Shown one piece after another: positions 1-12,000 of a DNA stretch of 64,000 nucleotides. Below the pieces are notes generated by a model that was given only the letters and a program-made list of their open reading frames with translations, had not been told where the DNA came from and searched no databases. Origin of the DNA: Dimorphilus gyrociliatus (Eukaryota > Animalia > Annelida); assembly GCA_904063045.1 (NCBI GenBank), contig CAJFCJ010000015.1:1361423-1425422 (forward strand), given 5' to 3'. The translations under genes and the position numbers were made by a program. Within the stretch, counting starts at the first letter, position 1; each line of letters starts with the position of its first letter.

Positions 1-3000
1 GATATTGCCAATACCTCTTTTAAACAAAAACAAGATAAAGTTCCAGAATATGAATCATCAAAAAGTGACGATTTCGAGAAAAGCGAAGTCTTTTTCACGC
101 CATCAATGTCGAACATAAAGAGCGAATTGGAATTTATTGAAAGTCAAACAAAAACCAAAAGTCTAATAGAAATAAACCAATTTTCCAATCTTGAACCAAC
201 ATGTTTTAAGATCAATAACATTGAATATGACTACTGCAAAAACATTCACAAAGATGTTGAAAAAGATGCCAAACAATTTTCGCCGAAAACAACAAACCTA
301 CATAACGAAATTCAGTGTTTTCAAAGCGAGCCACAATCGAGAAACTTGATACAAATCTCAGCAATTACCAATCTTCAGTCAACTCATTTCCAGACGCACA
401 CCTCAAAACACACAAACGATGATCATCAAAAGTACAAGTCAACAGAACTCAAAGATTCCAATAAAATTAAAACATTTCCTTCAAATCCAGACATCCATTG
501 CAAACATAACGATTACATCAACGAAATAACGCACGTTACTCATCTTGAATCAAAAAATTTCAAGAAAAGTGAATATCATGATATCTCATTTGTTAAGAAA
601 GGCTATGATGTTCTGGAAGATGAAACAACAGAAACAAAAAATTGTGAAGAAAGTGAAAGGTTCTTTATACCTCGATCATCAAGTGTATTAGACGAACTTG
701 AATGTTTCGAAAGCGTGTCAAAAACGAGTAACTTAATCGCAGTATCGAATGCCACTAATCTCGAATCTATATATTTCAAGAGTAGTGATTTCGAAAGTGA
801 AATCTCTGAAACACCAAAAGATAAGGTTATAGAAAATGAATCAAAAGATACCGAAAGTCACACAGACGAGGAAACTTTCCTTACCCCAAAATCATCAAGT
901 GAAATTAGCGAATTACAATTCTATCAAAGCGACATAACAAATGAAATCGTCAGAGAAATAACGCACGTTACTCAACTTGAATCAACACATTTCAAGAAAA
1001 ATGATATTGATGATATCTCATTCGTTAAGAAAAGTAATGACGTTCCGGAAGCTGAAACAACAGAAACAAAAGATTGTGATGAAAGTGAAAGGTTCTTTAC
1101 ACCTCGATCATCAAGTGTATTAGACGAACTTGAATGTTTCGAAATCGAGTCAAACACGTGTATCTTAATCGAAGCTTCAAATGCCACTAATCTCGAATCG
1201 ACATATTTCAAAAAGGGTGACTTCGAGAGTGAAATCTCTGAAACAGCAAAAGATGAGGTTATAGAAAATGAATCAAAAGATACCGAAGGTCACACAGACG
1301 AGGAAACTTTCCTTACCCCAAAATCATCGAGTAGAATTAGCGAAATACAATTCTATCAAAGCGAGATAACAAATAAAAACGTCACAGAAATAACGCACGT
1401 TACTCATCTTGAATCAACACATTTCATGAAAAATGACATTGATGATATCTCATTCGTTAAGAAAAGTAATGATGTTCCGGTAGCAGAAACAACACAAACA
1501 AAAGACTGTGAAGAAAGTGAAAGGTTCTTTACACCTCGATCATCAAGTGTATTAGACGACGTTGAATATTTCGAAAGCGTGTCAAAAACGAGTAACTTAA
1601 TCGCAATATCGAATGCCACTAATCTCGAATCGACAAATTTCAAAAAGGGTGACTTCGAGAGTGTAATCTCTGAAACACCAAAAGATGAGGTTATAGAAAA
1701 TGATTCAAAAGATACCGAAAGTCACACAGACAAGGAAACTTTCCTTACCCCAAAATCATCAAGTGAAATTTGTGAATTACAATTCTATCAAAGCGAGATA
1801 ACAAATAAAAACGTCACAGAAATAACGCACACGACTCAACTGGAATCAACACATTTCATGAAAAATGACATTGATGATATCTCATTCGTTAAGAAGAGCA
1901 ATGATGTTCCAGAAGCAGAAACAACACAAACAAAAGACTGTGAAGAAAGTGAAAGGTTCTTTACACCTCGATCATCAAGTTCATTAGACGAATTTGAATG
2001 TTTCGAAAACGTGTCAAAAACGAGTACCTTAATCGAAGCATCGAATACTACCAATTTCGAATCGAAACACTTCAAGAAAAGTGATCACGAGAGTGAAATT
2101 TGTGAAATGTCAAAACATCAGGTTCAAGAAAATCAATCGAAAGAATCTGAAAATTACACAGAAAATGAAGCTTTCATTACCCCAAAATTATCAAGCGCAA
2201 TAAGCGAATTACAATTCTATCAAAGCGAGATAACAAATGAAATCGTCAAAGAAATAATGCACACTACTCAACTTGAATCAACATATTTCAAGAAAAATGA
2301 CATTGATGACATCTCATTCTCTAGTCAAGACAATTATGTTTTGAAAGCTGAAACCACAAATACAAAACATTCAGATGAAAAGGAAGCATTTCTATCTCCT
2401 CGAGCATCAAGTCATTTTGAGAGTGAAAGCTCCAAAACACCAAAAAATGAGCTTCAAGAAAAGGAATCGAAACAAAGCGAAGGTTACACAGAAGATGAAA
2501 CATTCCTCACCTCAAAATCATCAACTGAAATTAGCGAATTACAATTCTTTAAAAGCGAGATAATAACTCAAAACGTCACAGAAATAACGCACACGACTCA
2601 ACTGGAATCAACACATTTCATGAAAAATGACATTGATGATATCTCATTCGTTAAGAAGAGCAATGATGTTCCAGAAGCAGAAACAACACAAACAAAAGAC
2701 TGTGAAGAAAGTGAAAGGTTCTTTACACCTCGATCATCAAGTTCATTAGACGAATTTGAATGTTTCGAAAACGTGTCAAAAACGAGTACCTTAATCGAAG
2801 CATCGAATACTACCAATTTCGAATCGAAACACTTCAAGAAAAGTGATCACGAGAGTGAAATTTGTGAAATGTCAAAACATCAGGTTCAAGAAAATCAATC
2901 GAAAGAATCTGAAAATTACACAGAAAATGAAGCTTTCATTACCCCAAAATTATCAAGCGCAATAAGCGAATTACAATTCTATCAAAGCGACATAACAAAT

Positions 3001-6000
3001 GAAATCGTCAGAGAAATAACGCACGTTACTCAACTTGAATCAACACATTTCAAGAAAAATGATATTGATGATATCTCATTCGTTAAGAAAAGTAATGACG
3101 TTCCGGAAGCTGAAACAACAGAAACAAAAGATTGTGATGAAAGTGAAAGGTTCTTTACACCTCGATCATCAAGTGTATTAGACGAACTTGAATGTTTCGA
3201 AATCGAGTCAAACACATGTATCTTAATCGAAGCTTCGAATGTCACTAATCTCGAATCGACATATTTCAAAAAGGGTGACTTCGAGACTGAAATTGTTGAA
3301 ACATCAAAAGATGAGGTTATAGAAAATGATTCAAAAGATAATGAAGGTCACCGAGAAGAGGAAACTTTCCTTACCCCAAAATCATCAAGTGAAATTTGTG
3401 AATTACAATTCTATCAAAGCCAGAAAACAACTGAAAACGTCACAGAAATAACCCATACAACTCAACTGGAATCAACACATTTCAGGAAAATTGACATTGA
3501 TGATATATCATTTGTTAATAAAAGTAATGATGTTCTGGCAGCTGAAACAATAGAAACAAAAGATTGTGAAGAGGTTGAAAGTTTCTTTACATCTGGATCA
3601 TCAAATGTATTAGACGACGTTGAATATTTTGAAAGCGACTCAAACACGTGTATCTTAATCGAAGCTTCGAATGCCACTAATCTCGAATCGACAAATTTCA
3701 AGAAGGGTGACTTCGAGAGTATAATCTCTGAAACACCAAAAGATGAGGTTATAGAAAATGAATCAAAAGATACCGAAAGTCACACAGACGAGGAAACTTT
3801 CCTTACCCCAAAATCATCAAGTGAAATTAGCGAATTACAATTCTATCAAAGCGACATAACAAATGAAATCGTCAGAGAAATAACGCACGTTACTCAACTT
3901 GAATCAACACATTTCAAGAAAAATGATATTGATGATATCTCATTCGTTACGAAAAGTAATGACGTTCCGGAAGCTGAAACAACAGAAACAAAAGATTGTG
4001 ATGAAAGTGAAAGGTTCTTTACACCTCGATCATCAAGTGTATTAGACGACGTTGAATATTTTGAAAGCGACTCAAACACGTGTATCTTAATCGAAGCTTC
4101 GAATGCCACTAATCTCGAATCGACAAATTTAAAAAAGGGTGACTTAGAGAGTGTAATCTCTGAAACACCAAAAGATGAGGTTATAGAAAACGAATCAAAA
4201 GCTACCGAGGGAATAGAAAGGGAAGATAAGGAAGAGACCAAAGATTCCTTTGTACCTAGAACATCAAATATCAGTGAAGAAATAAAAAAAGACTTAAGCA
4301 AAATAAAACATGAAAACGTAACGGAACTTATACTTTCAACGAATCTTGAGTCACCATCCTTCATAATTTGTGAAATTGAGAAGAACAATGTTTATAAAGA
4401 GATGTTCAATGACAAAGAAGAAAAGAAAGAAAACCAGAATTTCCCTTCACTTACAGTGTTCAATGATGAATTAGAATGCAAACAATACTTGGAAGATAGC
4501 GAAAATCTTCTTCAAATTATGATTACTACGCAAATGGAGTCCACAGTTTTTGAAGCAGAAGATAATATAAACCACATAGAAGAGCAACGACACGATATTC
4601 CTTTAGATGAGAAAAGTATTTCTGAAGACGATGAAATCTGCAAAGATTCGTCATATATTACTCCAGAGAATGATTCTTTCAATGATGAATTAGAATGCAA
4701 GGAATACTTGGAAGACGGGGAAAGTCTTCTTCAAATTATAGTCACTACGCAAATGGAGTCCACAGTTTTTAATACGGGAGATAGTAAAACCCACATTGAA
4801 GAGCAACAACAAGATATTCCTTCAGAGGACAAAAGAATTCCAGAAGACGATGAAATCGCCAAAGATTCGTCATATATTAATCCACAAAAAGATTCTTTCA
4901 ATGATGATTTAGAATGCAAGGAATTCTTGGAAGATGGCGAAAGTCTGCTTCAAATTATGGTCACTACGAAAATGGAGCCCACAGTTTTTAATACGGGAGA
5001 TAGTAAAAGCCACATTGAAGAGCAACAACAAGATATTCCTTCAGATGAAAAAAGCATTCATAAAGACGATGAAATCGCCAAAGATTCGTCATATATTACT
5101 CCACAAAAAGATTCTTTCAATGATGATTTAGAATGCAAGGAATTCTTGGAAGATGGCGAAAGTCTACTTCAAATTATGGTCGCTACGCAAATGGAGTCCA
5201 CGGTTTTTGAAGCAGAAGATAATATAAACCACATTGCAGAACAACAACACGATATTCCTTTAGATGAGAAAAGCATTCATAAAGACGATGAAATCGCCAA
5301 TGAAGCGTCATATATTACTCCAGATAAAGATTCTTTAAATGATGAATTTGAATGGAAGGAATACTTGGAAGATGGCGAAAGTCCTCTTCAAATTATGGTC
5401 ACTACGCAAATGGAGTCCACAGTTTTTGAAGCAGAAGATAATATAAACCACATTGCAGAACAACAACACGATATTCCTTTAGATGAGAAAAGCATTCATA
5501 AAGACGATGAAATCGCCAATGAAGCGTCATATATTACTCCAGATAAAGATTCTTTAAATGATGAATTTGAATGGAAGGAATACTTGGAAGATGGCGAAAG
5601 TCCTCTTCAAATTATGGTCACTACGCAAATGGAGTCCACAGTTTTTGAAGCAGAAGACAATAAAAACCACTTTGAAGAACAACAACACGTTATTCCTTTA
5701 GATAAAAAAAGCATTCATAAAGACGATGAAATCGCCAATGAAGCGTCATATATTACTCCAGATAAAGATTCTTTCAATGATGAATTAGAATGTAAGGAAT
5801 ACTTGGAAGATGGCGAAAGTCTTCTCCAAATGATAGTCGTTACGCAACTGGAGTCCACAGTTTTTGAAGCAGAAGATAGTAAAAACCACATTGCCGAACA
5901 ACAGCACGATATTCCTTTAGATGAGAAAAGCATTCATAAAGACGATGAAATCGCCAATGAAGCGTCATATATTACTCCAGATAAAGATTCTTTGAATGAT

Positions 6001-9000
6001 GAGTTAGAATGTAAGGAATACTTGGCAGATGGCGAAAATCTTCTTCAAATGATGGTCGTTACGCAACTGGAGTCCACAGTTTTTGAAGCAGAAGATAGTA
6101 AAAACCACATTGCCGAACAACAGCACGATATTCCTTTAGATGAGAAAAGCATTCATAAAGACGATGAAATCGCCAATGAAGCGTCATATATTTCTCCAGA
6201 TAAAGATTCTTTAAATGATGAATTAGAATGCAAGGAATACTTGGATGACGGCGAAAGTCTTCTTCAAATTATGGTCACTACGCAAATGGAGTCCACAGTT
6301 TTTGAAGCAGAAGATAATATAAACCACATTGCAGAACAACAACACGATATTCCTTTAGATGAAAAAAGCATTCATAAAGACGATGAAATCGCCAATGAAG
6401 CGTCATATATTACTCCAGATAAAGATTCTTTGAATGATGAGTTAGAATGTAAGGAATACTTGGCAGATGGCGAAAATCTTCTTCAAATGATGGTCGTTAC
6501 GCAACTGGAGTCCACAGTTTTTGAAGCAGAAGATAGTAAAAACCACATTGCCGAACAACAGCACGATATTCCTTTAGATGAAAAAAGCATTCATAAAGAC
6601 GATGATTTCACGAAAGATTCATCATATATTACTCCACAAAAAGATTCTTTCAATGATGATTTAGAATGCAAGGAATACTTGGAAGACGGCGAAAGTCTTC
6701 TTCAAATTATGGTCACTACGCAAATGGAGTCCACAGTTTTTGAAGCAGAAGATAATATAAACCACATTGCAGAACAACATCACGATATTCCTTTAGATGA
6801 AAAAAGCATTCATAAAGACGATGAAATCGCCAATGAAGCGTCATATGTTACTCCAGATAAAGATTCTTTGAATGATGAATTAGAATGTAAGGAATACTTG
6901 GCAGATGGCGATAATCTTCTTCAAATGATAGTCGTTACGCAACTGGAGTCCACAGTTTTTGAAGCAGAAGATAATATAAACCACATTGAAGAACAACGAC
7001 ACGATATTCCTTTAGATGAGAAAAGCATTCATAAAGACGGTGAAATCGCCAATGAAGCGTCATATATTTCTCCAGATAAAGATTCTTTAAATGATGAATT
7101 TGAATGGAAGGAATACTTGGAAGATGGCGAAAGTCCTCTTCAAATTATGGTCACTACGCAAATGGAGTCCACAGTTTTTGAAGCAGAAGACAATAAAAAC
7201 CACTTTGAAGAACAACAACACGATATTCCTTTAGATAAAAAAAGCATTCATAAAGACGATGAAATCGCCAATGAAGCGTCATATATTACTCCAGATAAAG
7301 ATTCTTTCAATGATGAATTAGAATGTAAGGAATACTTGGAAGATGGCGAAAGTCTTCTTCAAATGATAGTCGTTACGCAACTGGAGTCCACAGTTTTTGA
7401 AGCAGAAGATAGTAAAAACCACATTGCCGAACAACAGCACGATATTCCTTTAGATGAAAAAAGCATTCATAAAGACGATGATTTCACGAAAGATTCATCA
7501 TATATTACGCCACAAAAAGATTCTTTCAATGATGATTTAGAATGCAAGGAATACTTGGAAGACGGCGAAAGTCTTCTTCAAATTATGGTCACTACGCAAA
7601 TGGAGTCCACAGTTTTTGAAGCAGAAGATAATATAAACCACATTGCAGAACAACAACACGATATTCCTTTAGATGAGAAAAGCATTCATAAAGACGATGA
7701 AATCGCCAATGAAGCGTCATATATTTCTCCAGATAAAGATTCTTTAAATGATGAATTAGAATGCAAGGAATACTTGGATGACGGCGAAAGTCTTCTTCAA
7801 ATTATGGTCACTACGCAAATGGAGTCCACAGTTTTTGAAGCAGAAGATAATATAAACCACATTGCAGAACAACAACACGATATTCCTTTAGATGAGAAAA
7901 GCATTCATAAAGACGATGAAATCGCCAATGAAGCGTCATATATTACTCCAGATAAAGATTCTTTCAATGATGAATTAGAATGTAAGGAATACTTGGAAGA
8001 TGGCGAAAGTCTTCTTCAAATGATAGTCGTTACGCAACTGGAGTCCACAGTTTTTGAAGCAGAAGATAGTAAAAACCACATTGCCGAACAACAGCACGAT
8101 ATTCCTTTAGATGAAAAAAGCATTCATAAAGACGATGATTTCACGAAAGATTCATCATATATTACTCCACAAAAAGATTCTTTCAATGATGATTTAGAAT
8201 GCAAGGAATACTTGGAAGACGGCGAAAGTCTTCTTCAAATTATGGTCACTACGCAAATGGAGTCCACAGTTTTTGAAGCAGAAGATAATATAAACCACAT
8301 TGCAGAACAACATCACGATATTCCTTTAGATGAAAAAAGCATTCATAAAGACGATGAAATCGCCAATGAAGCGTCATATGTTACTCCAGATAAAGATTCT
8401 TTGAATGATGAATTAGAATGTAAGGAATACTTGGCAGATGGCGATAATCTTCTTCAAATGATAGTCGTTACGCAACTGGAGTCCACAGTTTTTGAAGCAG
8501 AAGATAATATAAACCACATTGAAGAACAACGACACGATATTCCTTTAGATGAGAAAAGCATTCATAAAGACGGTGAAATCGCCAATGAAGCGTCATATAT
8601 TTCTCCAGATAAAGATTCTTTAAATGATGAATTTGAATGGAAGGAATACTTGGAAGATGGCGAAAGTCCTCTTCAAATTATGGTCACTACGCAAATGGAG
8701 TCCACAGTTTTTGAAGCAGAAGACAATAAAAACCACTTTGAAGAACAACAACACGATATTCCTTTAGATAAAAAAAGCATTCATAAAGACGATGAAATCG
8801 CCAATGAAGCGTCATATATTACTCCAGATAAAGATTCTTTCAATGATGAATTAGAATGTAAGGAATACTTGGAAGATGGCGAAAGTCTTCTTCAAATGAT
8901 AGTCGTTACGCAACTGGAGTCCACAGTTTTTGAAGCAGAAGATAGTAAAAACCACATTGCCGAACAACAGCACGATATTCCTTTAGATGAAAAAAGCATT

Positions 9001-12000
9001 CATAAAGACGATGATTTCACGAAAGATTCATCATATATTACGCCACAAAAAGATTCTTTCAATGATGATTTAGAATGCAAGGAATACTTGGAAGACGGCG
9101 AAAGTCTTCTTCAAATTATGGTCACTACGCAAATGGAGTCCACAGTTTTTGAAGCAGAAGATAATATAAACCACATTGCAGAACAACAACACGATATTCC
9201 TTTAGATGAGAAAAGCATTCATAAAGACGATGAAATCGCCAATGAAGCGTCATATATTTCTCCAGATAAAGATTCTTTAAATGATGAATTAGAATGCAAG
9301 GAATACTTGGATGACGGCGAAAGTCTTCTTCAAATTATGGTCACTACGCAAATGGAGTCCACAGTTTTTGAAGCAGAAGATAATATAAACCACATTGCAG
9401 AACAACAACACGATATTCCTTTAGATGAGAAAAGCATTCATAAAGACGATGAAATCGCCAATGAAGCGTCATATATTACTCCAGATAAAGATTCTTTCAA
9501 TGATGAATTAGAATGTAAGGAATACTTGGAAGATGGCGAAAGTCTTCTTCAAATGATAGTCGTTACGCAACTGGAGTCCACAGTTTTTGAAGCAGAAGAT
9601 AGTAAAAACCACATTGCCGAACAACAGCACGATATTCCTTTAGATGAAAAAAGCATTCATAAAGACGATGATTTCACGAAAGATTCATCATATATTACGC
9701 CACAAAAAGATTCTTTCAATGATGATTTAGAATGCAAGGAATACTTGGAAGACGGCGAAAGTCTTCTTCAAATTATGGTCACTACGCAAATGGAGTCCAC
9801 AGTTTTTGAAGCAGAAGATAATATAAACCACATTGCAGAACAACAACACGATATTCCTGTAAATGAAAAAAGTAGAATAAAAGAATACTTGGAAGATGGC
9901 GAAAGTCTTCTTCAAATTGTTTTATCCACGCAATTAGAAACCACCTGTTTTCATGAGGAAAAGAATGTTGAACATAACATTCCAAGAAGCAAAATGGAAA
10001 ATGATGTAGAAAAAATTCATAGTGTTTTCGAGGAAAATAGAGAGAATTTTGTAGGAGCGATATATTTAGAGTTTTTTAGTGAAACACCTAATATTGAAGT
10101 GAAAAAATGTTTTTTAAGCTCTCCAGTAATCTCAACGATTTCGGATTTATCGCTTTATAAAGCAAGTATTTTGCCGTCTTCTCCTTTCGTTTCTGAATGC
10201 GCTGAATTTACAACTGGATGCGATAATTTCTTCTGTCTACAAGATACATCAATGAATTTAGAAAGTCAACTGAATTTTTATGACTCTTCCTGCATTGTTA
10301 GAGAGAATGACTTTGACGAATCTTATGCTAGTGATTCAATTAATGAGCCGGAACAGACGTTTTCAGAATTTTATGATCGAATTTCTCAGGCAAGAGGTTT
10401 TTTTGGCGTATATTTTCGAAGAAAAAACATTTCTAAGGGACCTTCATATGAAATTACTGAAATAATGGAAGACGCAAAGGAATATAATGTAAACAACGAG
10501 TCAGAATCATCTTCAGTGGATTCAGAAGGACCTGATATTGAATCAAAAGGTGCAGACAGTTCAAAAGTTGAGGGGGATGTAAATGAACAAAATATGAAAT
10601 TCGGAGATCTTCAAGAAAATATGCTTGAAAAAACCAAAAAACCTACTTTTGATATTGAACATGCTAGTGCTCAAATCAATAAAGAGAACAATCTGTCTAA
10701 CATTAGTCAAACAAAAGTTGAAAGAAGCTCCACAAATTTATCTTCTGAGAACCAGGAATCAGGACTAGTCGAATTGAACGAGAACGAATATGACGAAACT
10801 AAGCTTGAATCTGCCTTCAAGCCATTTAACACAGCACATTTCATCCCTAGTGTACTGTATTCGAAACTACTAGAAATTAAATGTTTAGCTGATAAATTTT
10901 CGCAAGGCGCAAATAGTCAAGAAACAGATTGTACTGAACTTTGTGCTAACAGAGAAAAGTTATTTGCGCCGGAAAATGATATTTCTGAAAATGCACGCAA
11001 GATTGAGAAAGATAATTCGAAAAAGCTTAATGTTTCCACTAAAAGTCATGAAGAAAATAAACTTTCTGAATCTGGCCAAAAAATTAAAGAAGTAACGGAA
11101 ATTCATAGTTTCTCTCCAATATTCACAGACAAAGAAACTGAAATTAATCTATATAAAAGTGTCGAATCAAGTATTGATATTGAAAATTTAATCTATAATA
11201 GTACTATTAACAATTCTGATAAATTAAGTACTATCAGGTCACAGGACACACAATCTTATCAGATAGATAGCTCTGATGTATCACCCATAGAAATATCTGT
11301 ACATTCAACTGAAAATGCGAGATCCTCTGGAACTGATCCTACTTTCTATGAGCAAAAAGAGAACATCAGAGACTTTCTACAGCAATCAAATGCCTTAAAA
11401 GTAACAAAAGAGTGCCCTAAAAGCATAGTCACAGCTGAAATATCTAATTTCGCATTGGATCAAAGTGAAACTGATATGGAAGTAGAAGAAATTATGGGTG
11501 AAGTAGGAAATAAGAACGAGAAGGTAGAATAAATGAAGGAAACTGATTAGCTATAAATAATTTATTGATTTACCATAAAGCAAAGATTTATTGTTTTCTT
11601 TGATAGGTTTTTGAACTATTTTTTTTTTCAACAGTTACTTTATCCAAATAACTCTTCACTTCAAGAATTAGAGAATTCTTGTAGTGAGCTTGAATCCCAG
11701 GTATAAACTAAATATTTAATTACACGATGATGGAAAATTTTTTTATGCCTATGTACAAACGGAATATAATCAAACGTCATCAAAGACCCTGATTGTTTGC
11801 TTTCCAATTGCTTTATTTATTATTGTTACAACAAATTCTTATTTTCATTGTTATATAAACCTGCTTGTTTTCAGTGCTTAAAAACGAAGTTTTCAAATGA
11901 AACATATTATAGGCTTTTTTCAATATTACAGCTTGCAGAAAGAGATGCCGAACTACAAAAACAACTGATACAGTACGAGTCCCTCGAAACTGCTCAACTT

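Noticed and set aside
972-4919. Series of 60-164-aa minus-strand ORFs recurring every 432/219 bp
   Set aside because: They are antisense shadows of the coding repeat and recur with the repeat period, with Ser/Phe-rich composition typical of reverse-complemented Glu/Lys codons.
4462-9865. Regular direct repeats superficially resembling a CRISPR array or satellite
   Set aside because: There are no unique spacers, the unit length is a multiple of 3 inside a single open frame, and the context is eukaryotic with no cas genes.
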